From positions 49,427 to 113,426 of the forward strand of contig JABGXP010000010.1 in assembly GCA_018675685.1 (NCBI GenBank): 64,000 nucleotides of DNA, in the 5' to 3' direction. Shown here in pieces: positions 1-9,626 of this stretch (positions are counted from its first letter, which is position 1; each line of letters opens with the position of its first letter). The notes beneath the pieces are model-generated. The model was not told the origin of the DNA and searched no databases. It saw only the letters and a program-made list of their open reading frames with translations. Position numbers and translations under genes: made by a program. This DNA is from a bacterium. GTDB taxonomy: Bacteria > Patescibacteriota > Minisyncoccia > Moranbacterales > DUUL01.

Positions 1-264
1 CCTAGAAATAGCTAGATCAGTTTCATTCGTTGGTGCAAGCACGGGATTAATATAACTTGGCTGTCCAATAACACCTTCTGTGTATTCACCTCCAATTGCT
101 GGCACTTCTTGTGTTGAAGAGATGTAGTATTTTAATGACCAAGTCAAAAGAGATCCCACAAGGATGAGAACTGCTAGATATAGAAAAAACTTTTCTTTTT
201 TAGATAGAACAGAACCAAAATTCTTCAATTGATCAGGGAAAGAAAACCGTAACTGTTTTGACAT
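1..264 (-). CDS. Peptide/oligopeptide ABC transporter substrate-binding protein (family 5), N-terminal part; runs off the window
   Basis: Manual translation from ATG at 264: MSKQLRFSFPDQLKNFGSVLSKKEKFFLYLAVLILVGSLLTWSLKYYISSTQEVPAIGGEYTEGVIGQPSYINPVLAPTNETDLAISR. It has a TM anchor and a GGxYxEG...P..INP motif typical of SBP_bac_5 N-termini. Not in the ORF track. Confidence 0.75.
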   Translation of the reverse strand, partial: MSKQLRFSFPDQLKNFGSVLSKKEKFFLYLAVLILVGSLLTWSLKYYISSTQEVPAIGGEYTEGVIGQPSYINPVLAPTNETDLAISR

Positions 265-354
265 TAGTCTTAATTAAGCTATTAAAGACATCCGGAGGTT
301 TTTATAGTTTAGTTGTCCGAAAATCCCTTTGTAAAAAAGTATTAAAGACAATAA

Positions 355-582
355 TTAACTCTTTGCTGAGATGATTATTGTTGCTAGGGCGTTGATGATG
401 AATAATGCACCAAGAATGCCAGAGAAAACAAAAAGAAATTTCTCGATCCCTCTTTTAGTGTGAAAACCACTAAAGTCTCCACCGAATGCAGCAGAAAGGC
501 CGGAGCCTCTATTCTGAAGTAAGACGGAGATTATAAGTAAAACCGAGATTATGATTTGACTGTAGGCAAAAAAATTGTCCAT
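355..582 (-). CDS. secG: Preprotein translocase subunit SecG
   Basis: 75 aa, two TM helices, VLLQ..GSGL...FGG motif, followed by KRGIEK. Confidence 0.9.
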   Translation of the reverse strand: MDNFFAYSQIIISVLLIISVLLQNRGSGLSAAFGGDFSGFHTKRGIEKFLFVFSGILGALFIINALATIIISAKS

Positions 583-594
583 TGTATCGTTTAT

Positions 595-948
595 TTATTT
601 ATCTGATAATGTTGCGGTGAAGTAGTTTACGATACTGATGATGAAAACTCCCCAAAGCGCAGACCAGAAACTGTTAATTGTAAAGAAATCAAAAGCACCA
701 GCAACGAAATATAGTAAGCAGATATTAATGATTACAACAAAAGTTCCTAAGGAAAGGAAAATCAGAGGTAAAGACAATAACTTTATCACTGGCTTGATTA
801 AGGAATTTACAAGACCTAATAGAGCGCCAGCTTTTACAAGGTTTAAAAAAGTCACTTCAAAGGTGATGCCTGAGATAAACCAAGCTGCAATATAGATAGC
901 AATCGCATTGCTAATAATGTGAAAACAAACCTTCTTTAAAAAAGACAT
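595..948 (-). CDS. 4-TM phage holin family (YvlD-like) membrane protein
   Basis: LGLVNSLIKPVIKLLSLPL..LSLGTF..IIN and F.I.SFWSAL motifs. Confidence 0.8.
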   Translation of the reverse strand: MSFLKKVCFHIISNAIAIYIAAWFISGITFEVTFLNLVKAGALLGLVNSLIKPVIKLLSLPLIFLSLGTFVVIINICLLYFVAGAFDFFTINSFWSALWGVFIISIVNYFTATLSDK

Positions 949-1102
949 TTAGTTCACTTTTTTAAACTATTTCTTAGTTGAATTTGACTTCAATATAAAA
1001 CATTTCTTAATAATTGAACTTTAACAAAAATGTCTCTAAAAGTCAATTGACGGAAGCCTTCTTTTATATTACAGTTAAAGGACGAAAAATCCTATATAAA
1101 CG

Positions 1103-3079
1103 ATGAAATTTGAATTAGTTTCCAATTATAAACCAGCAGGAGATCAACCAACGGCAATCAAAAAATTGTCCGATGATTTTTATGCTGGGAAAAAACACCA
1201 AACTCTTGTTGGGGTGACTGGATCAGGTAAGACTTTTACGATCGCAAATGTGATTGAGAAAATTCAAAAACCAACACTAGTAATTGCTCACAACAAGACT
1301 CTCGCTGCTCAATTAGTTAGCGAATTTCGGGAATTTTTTCCCAATAATGCAGTTGAATATTTTGTTTCTTACTATGACTATTATCAACCAGAAGCATATA
1401 TGCCAGCGCAGGACGTTTTTATCGAAAAGGATTTAGAGATTAATGAAGAAATTGATAAACTAAGACATTCTGCTACTGCATCACTTATTTCTCGTAAAGA
1501 TGTTATTGTTGTGGCTAGCGTTTCATGTATCTATGGTTTGGGATCCCCAGACTTCTATAAGCAAAAAATCCTAACTTTAGAAAAAGGGAAAAAGATCGAC
1601 CGTAAGGATATTTTGAAAAAATTGATTGATCTACAATATTCAAGAAGTGATGTTTTACTTAGAGGTAAATTTCGTTTACATGGCGAAACTTTTGAGATTA
1701 TGCGACCAGACAAGGAAGTTGTAATTCGCGTCGAGTTGAAAAACGGTGAAGTCATAAGGATGTACGAATACAATCATTTGACAGGTGAAGTTTTAGAGAA
1801 AGATATGTCGCAAGTTTTAATTTTCCCAGCTAAACATTTTGTTGCACCCGAATCAGTAATGAAAAAATCAGTAGGAAAAATTCGGCAGGAAATGAAAAAA
1901 AGAGTTAAATTCTTCGAAGACAAAGGCAATATTGTTGAAGCAGAAAGAATCAGAAGAAGAACTAATTTTGACACAGAACTCATTGAAGAAATTGGTTATT
2001 GCAGTGGAATAGAAAACTACTCTTTGTACTTAAGCGAAAGAAAGCCGGGTGAAGCACCTTATACATTGATGGATTATTTTGGTGATGATTTTTTGACGAT
2101 AATTGATGAGTCTCATGTAACAATTCCTCAAGTCAGAGCAATGTATGGTGGTGATTTTTCGCGTAAAAATAATTTGATCGATTTTGGTTTTCGCTTGCCA
2201 AGTGCCTTCGATAACCGTCCTTTGAAGTTTGAAGAATTTGAAAAAAAGCTTAAAAATGCGATCTTTATGTCAGCAACCCCTGCTGAGTACGAATTAGAAA
2301 AATGTGGCAGAAAGATTGTCGAGCAAATTGTTCGTCCAACTGGACTTATCGATCCCCCAATTAAAATTAGACCTTGCGAGAATCAGGTTCGAGATATTGT
2401 ATCGGAAATCAAACCGAGAGTCGAAAAAAATGAAAGAGTCTTAATCACAACATTGACTAAGAAAATGGCGGAAGATTTAGCAGAGCATTTAAAAGAGGAA
2501 GATGGCTTGAAATCGGAATATTTGCATAGTGGCGTTGATACACTTGATCGCATCAGAATTTTAGAAGAACTGCGATTGGGCGAAATTGATGTTTTAGTAG
2601 GAGTTAATTTGCTTCGTGAGGGGTTGGATCTTCCAGAAGTTTCTTTAGTGGCAATTTTAGATGCTGACAAAGAAGGTTTTTTGCGGAGCGCTACTTCGCT
2701 TGTCCAGACAATCGGAAGAGCAGCGAGAAATGTGAATGGAGAGGTTATTTTATATGCCGATACTATCACGAAGTCAATGAAGACAGCGATTGATGAAACT
2801 AAGAGGAGAAGAGCCAAGCAACTCATTTTCAACAAGAAACACAAAATTACACCAAAAACAATAGAAAAAGAGATCAAATCAATCATGAGTCACAAGAGGG
2901 AGGAAGATAATCAAAATACTGACCCTGTCTTGAAACTTGAGTCTCCAGAGGAGATAGGTAAATATATCAAAATGCAGGAATTAGAGATGAAACAGGCTGC
3001 AAAACAACTAGAGTTTGAAAGAGCTGCAGTTATTAGAGATGAAGTCACAAAACTCAAGAGAATGATTTTAAAAATATAA
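1103..3079 (+). CDS. uvrB: Excinuclease ABC subunit B
   Basis: PAGDQP, GVTGSGKT, YYDYYQPEAY beta-hairpin, DESH, C-terminal UVR motif (LEFERAAVIRD). Confidence 0.98.
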   Translation: MKFELVSNYKPAGDQPTAIKKLSDDFYAGKKHQTLVGVTGSGKTFTIANVIEKIQKPTLVIAHNKTLAAQLVSEFREFFPNNAVEYFVSYYDYYQPEAYMPAQDVFIEKDLEINEEIDKLRHSATASLISRKDVIVVASVSCIYGLGSPDFYKQKILTLEKGKKIDRKDILKKLIDLQYSRSDVLLRGKFRLHGETFEIMRPDKEVVIRVELKNGEVIRMYEYNHLTGEVLEKDMSQVLIFPAKHFVAPESVMKKSVGKIRQEMKKRVKFFEDKGNIVEAERIRRRTNFDTELIEEIGYCSGIENYSLYLSERKPGEAPYTLMDYFGDDFLTIIDESHVTIPQVRAMYGGDFSRKNNLIDFGFRLPSAFDNRPLKFEEFEKKLKNAIFMSATPAEYELEKCGRKIVEQIVRPTGLIDPPIKIRPCENQVRDIVSEIKPRVEKNERVLITTLTKKMAEDLAEHLKEEDGLKSEYLHSGVDTLDRIRILEELRLGEIDVLVGVNLLREGLDLPEVSLVAILDADKEGFLRSATSLVQTIGRAARNVNGEVILYADTITKSMKTAIDETKRRRAKQLIFNKKHKITPKTIEKEIKSIMSHKREEDNQNTDPVLKLESPEEIGKYIKMQELEMKQAAKQLEFERAAVIRDEVTKLKRMILKI

Positions 3080-3171
3080 AAAGTGCCCAGCATATTTGAA
3101 ATTGAAAGTAGTAGTTTTTTAGTGTAGAATAGAAATAGAACTACAAAGAGAATTGTTTGCAAACACAAAAA

Positions 3172-3702
3172 ATGAATAATATTGAGACTTTCAACTTAAT
3201 CTCATATCTTGAGCAAGGAAACGCCTTTTTAGAAAAGTCGTATCTTTTTCGTGGATTTAAATTTATATTAGCCTTCTATTTAATTCTGATGGCTGTTGCA
3301 ATGATATTAATGCTGTATCGATTGGTTAAATACGACTATTGGAAGGTATTGATGTCTGGTTCCGAGCTTCCAAATGTGAAAGGACGCATGCAATTGACTT
3401 GGGAGAAGTCAGTTGAGAGACTCGAGTCTAGTAATCCAAACAAATGGAAAGCTGCAATCTTAGAACTTTCTAGTATGTTGAATGAAATCCTGGGCATTGT
3501 TGGATATGAGGGGGTATTATTAGGAGAAAGACTTGAGCATATACAAACCCATCAATTGGAAAACATTGCTGAAGTGATAGAAGCAAATAAAGTAAAAAAC
3601 TTAATCGTACAAGATGACGAGTTTGTGCTTACAAAAGAGGAGGCAAAAAGAGTAGCGGAAGTTTTTGGAAGAGCCCTACGTTTATTGGAGGCAATTGAAT
3701 AA
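3172..3702 (+). CDS. Hypothetical single-TM protein (ATG 3172 preferred over TTG 3157)
   Basis: ORF with one TM segment and a helical C-terminal domain; sits in an operon-like run. Confidence 0.6.
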   Translation: MNNIETFNLISYLEQGNAFLEKSYLFRGFKFILAFYLILMAVAMILMLYRLVKYDYWKVLMSGSELPNVKGRMQLTWEKSVERLESSNPNKWKAAILELSSMLNEILGIVGYEGVLLGERLEHIQTHQLENIAEVIEANKVKNLIVQDDEFVLTKEEAKRVAEVFGRALRLLEAIE

Positions 3703-3724
3703 TTTTCATAAAATAAGAATTTAG

Positions 3725-4924
3725 ATGGAAAAGAAATTTCCTAAGGATTTTCTTTGGGGCGTTGCACATGCATCTCATCAGGTTGAAGGGAATAGCAAAG
3801 GAAATGATTGGTGGGATTGGGAACAGCAAGGAAAAACGAAAGAATCTTCGGGTTGGGCTTGTGACAGCTGGAATCGCTATCCGATTGATAATAAATTAGC
3901 ACAAGAGCTTGGTTGTGATGCTTTTAGAATTTCTTTTGAATGGTTTCGTATTGAGCCCAAAAAAGGAAAATTTTCAAAGGATGGGATTGAGCATTACCGG
4001 AAGAATTTGCAAGACATGAAGAAGCGAGGCTTGAAAAGAGTTGTAACTTTGTGGCACTGGACCTCTCCAATGTGGTTTGTTGAAGATGGCGGTTGGCATA
4101 GCGAGCATTCAGTAGAACATTTTACGAGCTATTGCTCGAAAATCATAGAAGAACTTGGAGACGAGATTGATATGTTCATTACAATAAATGAACCAAGATT
4201 GCCATTGAACAGAGGTTATTTAAAAGGCGATTTTCCTCCAGGAAAAAGAAATCCCAAAGATTTTTTGAAAGCTAGGAAGAATATGATCAAGGCGCACCGG
4301 GAGTGCTATGATATTTGCAAGAAAAAGCAACCGAAAATTCCAGTAGGGATAACTCAGTTTTGCAATGTGTTTGAATATACAAATCCAAAATCATTTTTAT
4401 GGAGTTTTATAAAAAAAATGCAGAGAAAATACAATTGGTATTTCCAGGATCAAATCAAAGATAAACAAGATTTTGTGGGAATCAATTATTATTTTGGCAT
4501 GGACATCTCTTTACTACCTCCTTTTGCTAAAATGAAAAATGACGAAAAGAAGCTAACAGAAATGGGTTGGGGAGTGTATCCAAATGGACTTTTTGAGTTA
4601 CTCATTTCTGCCTGGGGAAGATACAAAAAGCCAGTATATATCTTTGAGAATGGAATTTCAGACGAAAAAGACACACGAAGGGCTCAATATATCAAAGTTC
4701 ACACAGAAGCTGTTCGCGATGCCATTGCTCAAGGCGCTAATGTGAAAGGATATTTCTATTGGTCGTTACTGGATAATTTTGAGTGGCTTTTAGGTTATTC
4801 TAGAAAGTTCGGTCTATGTGAAATTGACAAAGAGACCATGGATCGGATTCCGAGGAAGTCATATTTTGAGTATCAAAAATTGATTGCTGGCTATAAAGGT
4901 AAGTCCCAAAAGAAGAGAGGATAA
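3725..4924 (+). CDS. Glycoside hydrolase family 1 (beta-glucosidase-like)
   Basis: FLWG.A.ASHQVEG, TINEP acid/base, IFENG nucleophile, WSLLDNFEW. Confidence 0.93.
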   Translation: MEKKFPKDFLWGVAHASHQVEGNSKGNDWWDWEQQGKTKESSGWACDSWNRYPIDNKLAQELGCDAFRISFEWFRIEPKKGKFSKDGIEHYRKNLQDMKKRGLKRVVTLWHWTSPMWFVEDGGWHSEHSVEHFTSYCSKIIEELGDEIDMFITINEPRLPLNRGYLKGDFPPGKRNPKDFLKARKNMIKAHRECYDICKKKQPKIPVGITQFCNVFEYTNPKSFLWSFIKKMQRKYNWYFQDQIKDKQDFVGINYYFGMDISLLPPFAKMKNDEKKLTEMGWGVYPNGLFELLISAWGRYKKPVYIFENGISDEKDTRRAQYIKVHTEAVRDAIAQGANVKGYFYWSLLDNFEWLLGYSRKFGLCEIDKETMDRIPRKSYFEYQKLIAGYKGKSQKKRG

Positions 4925-4943
4925 TATTAAAAACTGAAAAACG

Positions 4944-5870
4944 ATGAATTGGATTATGTTGGCAATCAGTGCCTATCTATTGCTTTCTATTGAATCAATT
5001 GCAAATAAGTTTTTGATTTCAGGAAAAGTTGGAAGTTGGCGCCTATATTTATTCTATATTGGGCTTCTTTCGTCCACCAGTTTAATGTTTGCTCCCTTTG
5101 GTTTGTACTGGCCAGGTTGGCATGTTGTGGGAATTTCCGTTGCAACAGGAGTTGTCTTTTTTGGATACCTAGCCTTTCTATTCTCTTCTCTGAAGAGTTC
5201 AACAGCCACTAGAGTTTTTGTTTTGATCGGTGCCGTTGCAACAATCACAACCTTTATTTTCTCAAAATTGTTCTTAAATGATAACCTGACTAGTAGCAGT
5301 TTATTCGGAGTGATAATGTTACTGTTGGGAGGTTTTTTTATAGCCTTTAAAGTTAAGGAAAAGAAGTTTTTTACAGATTACAAAAAAGTCCTTATTGCAG
5401 GTGTTTTATCTGGAGTTTCCCTGGGTATGTTGAAATATACTTTTGATATTTTCCAAGGACTTGGTGGAACAGATTTCGAAGTTTTTGTGAACGGGTATAT
5501 TTACACAAGAATGGGCTCCGTTTTAATGGTGATTGTTCTTATGTGTTTACCTTCGTATCGTAATCATATTTTGGCAACGTTTAAAAAGAAGAAAGGAAGG
5601 GAACATGCTTCAAATTTCCTAATTGTTGTAGGAGTGAAAACATTATCAGGGATTGCCACATTTATGATGAATTTCAGTCTTTCTATTGGCGACCCAACAA
5701 TTGTAAGTGCCCTAGCATCAGTTCAGTATCTCGGAGTTTTTATACTATCAATGTTTCTATCAAAAAGGTTTACTGCTATTTTCAAAGAGAATTTCGAGAG
5801 AAAAGACATGCTTTTTAAGGCCACAGGAGTGCTATTTGTTGTTTTGGGTATCATAGCTGTCTTTGTTTAG
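4944..5870 (+). CDS. EamA/DMT-like multi-pass membrane transporter
   Basis: About 10 hydrophobic segments in a two-repeat arrangement. Confidence 0.6.
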   Translation: MNWIMLAISAYLLLSIESIANKFLISGKVGSWRLYLFYIGLLSSTSLMFAPFGLYWPGWHVVGISVATGVVFFGYLAFLFSSLKSSTATRVFVLIGAVATITTFIFSKLFLNDNLTSSSLFGVIMLLLGGFFIAFKVKEKKFFTDYKKVLIAGVLSGVSLGMLKYTFDIFQGLGGTDFEVFVNGYIYTRMGSVLMVIVLMCLPSYRNHILATFKKKKGREHASNFLIVVGVKTLSGIATFMMNFSLSIGDPTIVSALASVQYLGVFILSMFLSKRFTAIFKENFERKDMLFKATGVLFVVLGIIAVFV

Positions 5871-5909
5871 TAACTTAAAAGTTTCTGTAATAAAAATTAA
5901 AATCTAAAA

Positions 5910-6971
5910 ATGCGAATTGTTAAACTCCTTGCAAAGTTGTTGGTGAAAATAATCATTTTTTTGGCTATCTTGATTGCCATTATTTTGGTTGCCTTTAATT
6001 GGCCAGTGCAGAGCAAAAATGAGAATATGGAATTCGGAGTTTCTTTTTCTGATGTGCAAGCTCGAGCGCTTGACATGGATTGGAAAAGTACTTATATCGA
6101 AATTCTAACAGACTTGAAGCCTAAGAAGATGAGAATTGCTGCATATTGGTCAGATATTGAAAAAGAACCAGGAGTCTATGATTTTTCAAACCTAGACTTT
6201 CAGGTTGAGCAGGCTGAAAAATATGGAACCAAATTAGTTCTAGCAATGGGAGTTAAAGTTCCTCGTTGGCCAGAGTGTTTTATCCCAGAAATGTATGCAG
6301 AGGGTGAAAATGACAAACCGCTCTCAAAAAAAGTTCTAAGAGAGGATGCAGTTTTGAAATTTGAAAAAGCACTGGTCGAGAGATATAAGGATAGGGAGAT
6401 TATCGAGATGTGGCAGGTTGAAAACGAACCCTTTTTGTCATTCGGTCATTGTATAGAAGGAGCATTAGACAAGCAAATTGTGGAACGAGAAATCGCACAA
6501 GTACACAAACTGGACAGTACTCGGAAAATCATGACGACTGATAGTGGGGAACTTAGTCTCTGGAGAGATGCCGCAAGTCGCGCTGACATCTTTGGAACGA
6601 CAATGTATCGAATTATCTACAAAGGAGCAAAATGGTATGACGGTTATGTCCATTATCCAATTGGCCCAAATTTTTTCAGAATCAAAGCAAAATTAATTGG
6701 AAAATGGATCAACTCTGAGGACATTGTGATTTCGGAGCTGCAAGGTGAGCCTTGGGGACCAGGTTGGATCAAGACTATGCCGATTGAAGAACAATACAAA
6801 TCAATGAGTCCTCAAAAGTTGGTTGATATTGCTGAATTTGCTCGCAGGACTAAATTTAAGGAGACATATGTTTGGGGAGTTGAATGGTGGTATATGCTTA
6901 AATACCAACGGGAGAACTCGGATATGATAGAAGCCGCAAAGCAAGTGATCACAAAAAGAGAAGAAAAATAA
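5910..6971 (+). CDS. Membrane-anchored clan-A glycoside hydrolase (GH42/GH5-like)
   Basis: N-terminal TM; YW..IE..PG.YDFS.LD, KVPRWPEC, WQVENEP acid/base, SELQGEPW nucleophile-like motif. Confidence 0.7.
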   Translation: MRIVKLLAKLLVKIIIFLAILIAIILVAFNWPVQSKNENMEFGVSFSDVQARALDMDWKSTYIEILTDLKPKKMRIAAYWSDIEKEPGVYDFSNLDFQVEQAEKYGTKLVLAMGVKVPRWPECFIPEMYAEGENDKPLSKKVLREDAVLKFEKALVERYKDREIIEMWQVENEPFLSFGHCIEGALDKQIVEREIAQVHKLDSTRKIMTTDSGELSLWRDAASRADIFGTTMYRIIYKGAKWYDGYVHYPIGPNFFRIKAKLIGKWINSEDIVISELQGEPWGPGWIKTMPIEEQYKSMSPQKLVDIAEFARRTKFKETYVWGVEWWYMLKYQRENSDMIEAAKQVITKREEK

Positions 6972-6986
6972 AAAACAAAAACAAAA

Positions 6987-7033
6987 AAAACAAAGACTCT
7001 ACACCTAATCAATTGGTGTGGAGTCTTTGTTTT
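6987..7033. terminator. Bidirectional intrinsic terminator
   Basis: aaaacaaagactctacacc / ggtgtggagtctttgtttt inverted repeat between convergent genes. Confidence 0.8.
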
Positions 7034-7051
7034 CTGGGAAGTTATAAATAG

Positions 7052-8290
7052 TTACATCTCCAAGAGATTGTCTTGTGAAACGGGAATGGGTGACTTCAGT
7101 GAGCCTTTTTCTTCTAAAAAGACTTGCCCAATGAGATAACTTGTGAATACGACTAAAATAGTACTAAAAGAAGCGATATAAAAGCTTACATCAAACACAT
7201 TTACAAAAAGACACAATATTCCATAGAGTAAAACATTCGCTGACATTGAAGCGATATTTCGATATGTGGAGGCAGACAGAAGATCTCGTTTCTCGCCTTT
7301 TTCTAGAAGAGAGCTATCCAAGGGCAGACTAATAAATACCGAAAAAATACCAACTAAGAACACACTAAAGAAGTAGAAAAAGTCAGCTGTTACAAATAGC
7401 CTTAGAATCCAAACAATCGAAATTGTAATACCGCCAATAGCAATTAGTAAGGACCTTTTACTTTTGGTTGTTTTGCCGATAAAATAGGTGAAAACAATTG
7501 CTGTTATGGAAGCTATGATGGGGAGAATGGCAACTGATTCGATGCTTTCAAAGTAGGTAAAGATGAAGATTGGCCAAATAATTCCTTCCACGGAAGAGTG
7601 AATCCCGAAAAATCCAATAGAAAGAAAATCTTTAGTGATTTTCCAATTTTTAAAAAAAGCGCGAAATGATTTTTGTTTTCGAAGTGGTTTGTCTGGAATT
7701 CCTTTGATTCTAAAGAGCGGGAAAAGGGAAAGGCAAAGAAGGAAAATGCTAATAGAGATTAAAAAATCTTGATTTGATCCGATTAGAATCAGGGCTCCTA
7801 ATGCTGGAGCCATTAGTCCAGCCAAACGCCTTGCAATCGAAAGTCCGCTAGCATCGCTCGCAACATCATCTTTTTTGTTGCTGCATTTTACAAATAAATA
7901 AAGATGAGCAACCCAATAGAAGGTGTCATAAAGAGCAGCAAAACTAGCCAGTGCTAATAGTAGCATCCAACTGTTGGCGGAGAGATTGAAAAGACAAGCA
8001 AAGAAGCCAACGGAGAATAATGTCCCCAGGATAACTACGTTTCTAGCGCCAATCTTTCTAACACACCAACGAGCCAAGAAATTCAAAGGGACATCTATAA
8101 GATTGTAAAGAAAATAGTATAAAATAACCTCGTTCACAGAATAACCACTTTTAAGAAGTAGAATCGGAATGAAGATGGAAACTAATGACCTGGAAAATGT
8201 ATGGAGCCAGATTGAAAATTCAAACAACCACATTTTAGAGTGAACGAGTCGGATGAGCCTGTTTCCATGATAACTGTGAAAAAGTTGCAT
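7052..8290 (-). CDS. MFS transporter
   Basis: 412 aa, about 12 TM; similar to 25539..26699 (FIPI.LL..G.S, LYW...H, IWP.FIF). Confidence 0.8.
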   Translation of the reverse strand: MQLFHSYHGNRLIRLVHSKMWLFEFSIWLHTFSRSLVSIFIPILLLKSGYSVNEVILYYFLYNLIDVPLNFLARWCVRKIGARNVVILGTLFSVGFFACLFNLSANSWMLLLALASFAALYDTFYWVAHLYLFVKCSNKKDDVASDASGLSIARRLAGLMAPALGALILIGSNQDFLISISIFLLCLSLFPLFRIKGIPDKPLRKQKSFRAFFKNWKITKDFLSIGFFGIHSSVEGIIWPIFIFTYFESIESVAILPIIASITAIVFTYFIGKTTKSKRSLLIAIGGITISIVWILRLFVTADFFYFFSVFLVGIFSVFISLPLDSSLLEKGEKRDLLSASTYRNIASMSANVLLYGILCLFVNVFDVSFYIASFSTILVVFTSYLIGQVFLEEKGSLKSPIPVSQDNLLEM

Positions 8291-8359
8291 AAATTTATAT
8301 AAAACAACCTGAATGTTAAAAACAAACAGGCCAGTTTCATTGGTTATATTTGCGAGATA

Positions 8360-9490
8360 TTAGGTTTTTTCATTCATCAATTTGCTAAAGTTGATAGTCA
8401 CGTCATTGATCCATCTTCCAGCATTTGGGTCTTTGCTACAAGCTGAGCCACATTTCCATAAGACCATCTCTTGAGGGGTGTCTACATCAATTTTCACAAG
8501 TCTCTCAAGTCTGCCACCGACAGTGTCAATTGCATCTTGTGGACCATCAAAACAAGTATGTCCCCCTGTTCCCATTTTCTTTCTTATCCCGCGATATCCC
8601 CAATAGTTATAACAATTCTTCCCATTAAGAACTGGTACATGTCTTCCAAAACCACTTTCTTTCATTGCAATTCCAACAAGAAAAGCTGCTACAGTCCGAT
8701 CTTTCTTAGCGATTAGTGGAGCCATTTCTTCCATAGGGTTTCCTTTTAGAATCTCATAAATTTCACCTTCCAGCTCTTCTGTTTTTATGGTGTCAAAACG
8801 CTTCAGTGCATCTAGCACGAAAGCATCCAGTTTTTGATCAAATTGTTGTGCGATTTTTTCATCTTTCGCTCCAAGCACTTTAGTCTGAGCTTGTACAGTC
8901 GTTTCTGCTTGTTTAAGATGCAAATCAGCCAATTCTTCTGTAGTAGTGTTGTTTTTTTGGTAGCCAACAGTGAATGTAGCAACACTAGTAACAAGAATTG
9001 TTAGTACTAATGCAGTTGCAAAAGATTTTGTTCTGAGAAAAGACATTTGCCAATCAAAGCCCCAAAAAGAGACAGGAGTTTCTCTTGGGTCAAGCTCGCA
9101 CTCCAAGGGACTTTTGAAGGAGGTGTTCAAGAATGGAAGATCGCGGACATATTTCTTCGAATAGTTCAGTTGAAATTCTGGCGAGCAATCCATTTTTTCA
9201 AAATGCTTGGTAGGAGAAATTTCATCAATAAAGTTAACCTTTCTCACCTCAAGTGCTGTCCAACAACCTTTTTTGATTGCGATTCTTTTTGTTTGACTAA
9301 CATAGTTTTTGTTTACTCCATCAACAAAAAAATCTCTCTTGAATTTTGACAAGAAGATTGTTTCTCCCAGGACCCCACTTTTTAGTTGTTTGATCTTTTC
9401 TTGAGCTCTTTTTGGATCATCAAACAGAAACCTAAAGTCCGGTTTGTTATATTTGTCCGTTATGCAATATAAGGACTTTTTTACTTTCAT
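8360..9490 (-). CDS. Membrane-anchored lysozyme-fold (GH73-like) protein, paralog 1
   Basis: Central TM; C-terminal IAMKESGFG...CYNYWGY...CF...WKCGS.C domain shared with 9627..10388 and 30461..31081. Confidence 0.55.
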   Translation of the reverse strand: MKVKKSLYCITDKYNKPDFRFLFDDPKRAQEKIKQLKSGVLGETIFLSKFKRDFFVDGVNKNYVSQTKRIAIKKGCWTALEVRKVNFIDEISPTKHFEKMDCSPEFQLNYSKKYVRDLPFLNTSFKSPLECELDPRETPVSFWGFDWQMSFLRTKSFATALVLTILVTSVATFTVGYQKNNTTTEELADLHLKQAETTVQAQTKVLGAKDEKIAQQFDQKLDAFVLDALKRFDTIKTEELEGEIYEILKGNPMEEMAPLIAKKDRTVAAFLVGIAMKESGFGRHVPVLNGKNCYNYWGYRGIRKKMGTGGHTCFDGPQDAIDTVGGRLERLVKIDVDTPQEMVLWKCGSACSKDPNAGRWINDVTINFSKLMNEKT

Positions 9491-9626
9491 TTTTTATTTT
9501 CTTTTAGCGTTTTCAAGCTAAAAAACGACATTTAAAACACTAGACAAGACATGCTCTGAATAACTTGTCTTTATTGTAGATGATTAAGGATAAGTGTCAA
9601 TATTGTCAAGAATTGATTTTGATGTT

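Noticed and set aside
595-948. Holin-family gene as evidence of a prophage
   Set aside because: No phage genes nearby; this family is commonly chromosomal
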